A stretch of DNA of 61,961 nucleotides, counting the filler, from Deltaproteobacteria bacterium (GTDB lineage Bacteria > JAEEML01), in the NCBI GenBank assembly GCA_016283195.1. It is 5 parts of 5 records of this genome, joined end to end, with 100 filler letters (N's around TTAATTAATTAA, not from the genome) between each part and the next. Parts side by side here need not be neighbours in the genome. Positions count along the whole stretch, not along the records: positions 33,472 to 61,961 come from JAEEML010000080.1; 4 more parts are not named here. One strand, 5' to 3'. This document shows positions 59,395 to 61,961 of the stretch, piece after piece; the stretch's first letter is position 1; each line of letters opens with the position of its first letter. A model generated the notes under the pieces. That model was not told the DNA's origin and made no database searches. It saw only the letters and a program-made list of their open reading frames with translations. The translations under genes were made by a program, and so were the position numbers.

Positions 59395-59845
59395 CCAGGA
59401 AAAAATCCTTTAATTCTTTAGCACACTCTTCTTCCAAAAGGCCCTTTTCTATAACTGGGTAATGATTTAAGCCGGGCAGAGCCAAGATATTGCAAAAGCC
59501 GCCCATGGCTCCGGCTTTTAGGTCTTTTGTACCAAAGACTATTCTTTTATAGCGGGCCTGAATGATAGCGCCGGCGCACATGATGCAAGGCTCTAAAGTG
59601 ACATAGAGAGTGCAGTCTATAAGGCGCCAGCGGCCCAGAATAGCGGAAGCCGCCTCGGTTACCACTATTTCGGCATGGCGGGTGGCGCATTTTTCCTGCT
59701 CTTTTTGGTTGGCAGCGAGGGCGATGAATTCTTCGCCGCGGGCCACGAGCGCCCCAATGGGCACTTCGCCGTACTTTTCGGCGCTTTCGCGGGCGGCCAA
59801 AAGGGCCATGGTCATGGCTATATAATCAAAATTTGTAAAGTTCAT
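59348..59845 (-). CDS. tadA: tRNA adenosine(34) deaminase
   Basis: EVPIGA, HAE, TLEPCIMC, LKDFF. Confidence 0.9.
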   Translation of the reverse strand: MNFTNFDYIAMTMALLAARESAEKYGEVPIGALVARGEEFIALAANQKEQEKCATRHAEIVVTEAASAILGRWRLIDCTLYVTLEPCIMCAGAIIQARYKRIVFGTKDLKAGAMGGFCNILALPGLNHYPVIEKGLLEEECAKELKDFFLARRQLHPAKKCARRP

Positions 59846-59857
59846 CCTTTTGCGCCC

Positions 59858-59885
59858 TTGACACGGCAAAAGCCTTTGATAGACT
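59858..59885 (+). promoter_or_regulatory. sigma70-type promoter for the cyclase gene
   Basis: TTGACA-16 nt-TAGACT with a TGn extension. Confidence 0.55.
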
Positions 59886-59927
59886 CCGGCCCGTTACTTT
59901 GGTGAGTATTACCGCCAGGAGCTACAA

Positions 59928-61961
59928 ATGGCCACAATAAAAAAGAAGCTTTTTAAACTTAGTCCGATGCGCATCAGTCTTTTAGTAGGCTTTTGCGCCA
60001 TAATTACCCATTTTTGCATTGAAGCGGCGGTTTTTCACAGCGGCCCCTTGAGCCAGCTGGGCTTTATCCATGAAATAGAGCTCAAATTTTTGGATATGAA
60101 GTTTCAGCAACGGGCCTCATCGGTAACTCCGGAAGAATTGCCGCCGCCTAAAGTGGTGATTGTGGCCGAAGACGAAAACAGTATTGAAAAATATGGCCTT
60201 TTGCCCTGGTCGCGCTCAGTGATGGCCAAATTGGTGGATGGTATTTCGGCAGCCGGCGCCAAAGCTATTGCCTTTGATATTGTCTTTAGCGAGCCGGACC
60301 GCAACTCGGCTTATCAAACTATCCGCAATTTTGAAGAAGAATATCGGAAAATCGGCCTGGAAAACCCTGAAACTTCCATTGCTACGCTGGCAACGGGCCT
60401 TACCGAAGCCGAAAAAGAGACAGCCGAGCTTTTAAAAACTTATAGCGAATTGCAAAAACAGAGCCTTAATTATGCCAAAAAGCTGAAAAAGCAGGATGAC
60501 AGCGACGAAAACGGGGCTAAAGAATTTGAAAAGCTCTCTAAATCCTTGCAAAAATCGCTGGCCAAAATGAAGAGTACCAAGCAAAAGCTGGCCGGCCTAA
60601 GCGAGCACGGCGGTCTTTTGGAGCAAAAACTCTCCGCCTATGAAGAGGAACTGGCCCGAGAAGTGGCCAATGTGAGCCCCGATGTGGCTTTCGCCAAATC
60701 CATCAAAGCGGCTAATAACCTTATTTTAGGCTATTTTTATTTTCGTGACCAATCCGAGATGGTGGGTGTTTCTAAAGAAGAGCAGGCGCGGGATATTGCC
60801 AGAATTGAATCAGCCTTTGTTAAGCATATTTATGACCTCAATATTATGGAGATGGGCGGCCAGGAAATTGTGGCCACCAAAGAGCTTGCCGACCAGGCGG
60901 CCATTAAAAAATTAAAGCTTTCACCTATTTGCGAAGCTATCGGTATGCAGGCCCCGCTTGACCTCTTTGCCGAAGCCACGCCTTATAAGGGCCATTTTAA
61001 CCATGCTCCCGATTTTGACGGCCCGCTGCGCCGCACGGCGCTACTCACTCGCTTTAATGATAACCTTTTGCCTTCGCTCTCGCTAATGGCTGCAGCTTTA
61101 TATGAAAATTCAACCATTTATCCGCTGGCTGATGATTATGATAATACTGTTTTATCCGCCATATATTTGGGTAATATGGATAAAACTGTGCCCATTGATG
61201 CCACCGGCCGCACCATGGTTAATTATTATACCGATCCGCAAAAATATTTTCCCACTGTGAGTGCCCGCGATGTCATTGAAGGCACTATTGATCCTAATAT
61301 TATCAAGGACAAAATAGTCTTTGTGGGCGCCACAGCTATCGGCACTATGGATCAGCGGGTTACCCCCTTCTCCAGTTTTACGCCCGGTGTTTATGTCAAT
61401 GCCATGATTAGCCAGAATATTGTGGACGGCCGCTATTTGCTCCGCCCCCTCGGCTGGCCGATTTTTGAATATATTTTTATGATTCTCTTTGCCATTCTTT
61501 TGGGCTTTTTGCTCAAAAAAGTGCCGGTTTATAGCGGCTTTGGTATAGCCATCGGCTTTATTGCCCTGCTTTTTACGGCCGACCTCTTCTTTATCTTTGA
61601 TAATGGCTACTGGGCCCACTTAATCATGCCTATGATACAGTGCCTCTTAACTTATGTGGCCATTACCATTTACCGCTACCTCACCGAAGAGCGGGAGAAA
61701 AAGCAAATTCGGAACGCTTTCCAATTTTATCTCTCGAGAAGCGTTGTTGATGAAGTGCTTAAAGATACCAGTAAACTGCGCTTAAACGGTGAGCGTAAAG
61801 AACTTACGGTATTATTTAGTGATATTCGCGGCTTTACCACCATCAGCGAGGGGCTTTCGCCAGAAGGCCTCGCTAATCTCTTGAATGAATACCTGACCCC
61901 CATGACCGACCTCGTCTTTAAGTATGACGGCACTCTGGATAAATATATGGGCGATGCCATT
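59928..61961 (+). CDS. CHASE2-domain class III adenylate/guanylate cyclase (3' truncated by window; absent from ORF track)
   Basis: AGGAG RBS, ATG 59928; PWSR, AKAIAFDIVFSEPD, DFDGPLRR, PGV; three TMs; LTVLFSDIRGFTTISE...DKYMGDAI in frame at the window end. Confidence 0.93.
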   Translation, partial: MATIKKKLFKLSPMRISLLVGFCAIITHFCIEAAVFHSGPLSQLGFIHEIELKFLDMKFQQRASSVTPEELPPPKVVIVAEDENSIEKYGLLPWSRSVMAKLVDGISAAGAKAIAFDIVFSEPDRNSAYQTIRNFEEEYRKIGLENPETSIATLATGLTEAEKETAELLKTYSELQKQSLNYAKKLKKQDDSDENGAKEFEKLSKSLQKSLAKMKSTKQKLAGLSEHGGLLEQKLSAYEEELAREVANVSPDVAFAKSIKAANNLILGYFYFRDQSEMVGVSKEEQARDIARIESAFVKHIYDLNIMEMGGQEIVATKELADQAAIKKLKLSPICEAIGMQAPLDLFAEATPYKGHFNHAPDFDGPLRRTALLTRFNDNLLPSLSLMAAALYENSTIYPLADDYDNTVLSAIYLGNMDKTVPIDATGRTMVNYYTDPQKYFPTVSARDVIEGTIDPNIIKDKIVFVGATAIGTMDQRVTPFSSFTPGVYVNAMISQNIVDGRYLLRPLGWPIFEYIFMILFAILLGFLLKKVPVYSGFGIAIGFIALLFTADLFFIFDNGYWAHLIMPMIQCLLTYVAITIYRYLTEEREKKQIRNAFQFYLSRSVVDEVLKDTSKLRLNGERKELTVLFSDIRGFTTISEGLSPEGLANLLNEYLTPMTDLVFKYDGTLDKYMGDAI

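Overview
This window is five contigs joined by artificial 100-nt spacers (44 N + TTAATTAATTAA + 44 N at 13191-13290, 21799-21898, 25560-25659 and 33372-33471), so adjacency across a spacer has no biological meaning. Gene content points to a deltaproteobacterium of Myxococcota type. The signs are the L11 '[11 protein letters not shown]' insert, a Dif-like MCP/CheW/CheY set, an FHA-GAF-sigma54 activator, a GC-TM-basic C-terminal sorting signal and many Cys-rich lipoproteins. Contig 1 holds the tuf-rpmG-tRNA(Trp)-secE-nusG-rplKAJL-rpoBC cluster followed by a Fic gene. Contig 2 has lipB, the pssA operon, an acyl-CoA synthetase/ACP/acyltransferase fusion and a decayed Rhs core. Contig 3 has a SanA-like gene, an Asp-type murA and a Cys-rich lipoprotein. 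Contig 4 has a secreted hydrolase operon, a PilZ protein and a tagD + LicD array. Contig 5 has an Rpn nuclease, tRNA-Val, pth, rplY, an MsbA-like/MMPL pair, uvrA, a phage-fibre-like secreted protein, difA/C/D-like genes, OPX, rmlD, rib genes, nusB, tadA and a CHASE2 cyclase. The best leads are: (i) an Rpn gene with a strong in-frame internal RBS+ATG (candidate gene-within-gene antitoxin) whose product carries a 21-bp VNTR coiled coil; (ii) a signal-peptide-bearing chimeric phage-tail-fibre protein where the Dif kinase gene would be expected; (iii) an unannotated frameshifted Rhs core; (iv) substitutions at near-invariant positions of RpoC (bridge helix A->D), the MsbA-like D-loop (D->G) and EF-Tu; (v) tandem NrdR-like boxes and a four-half-site operator between two lipid genes. 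All family calls come from motif recognition by eye; no searches were run.
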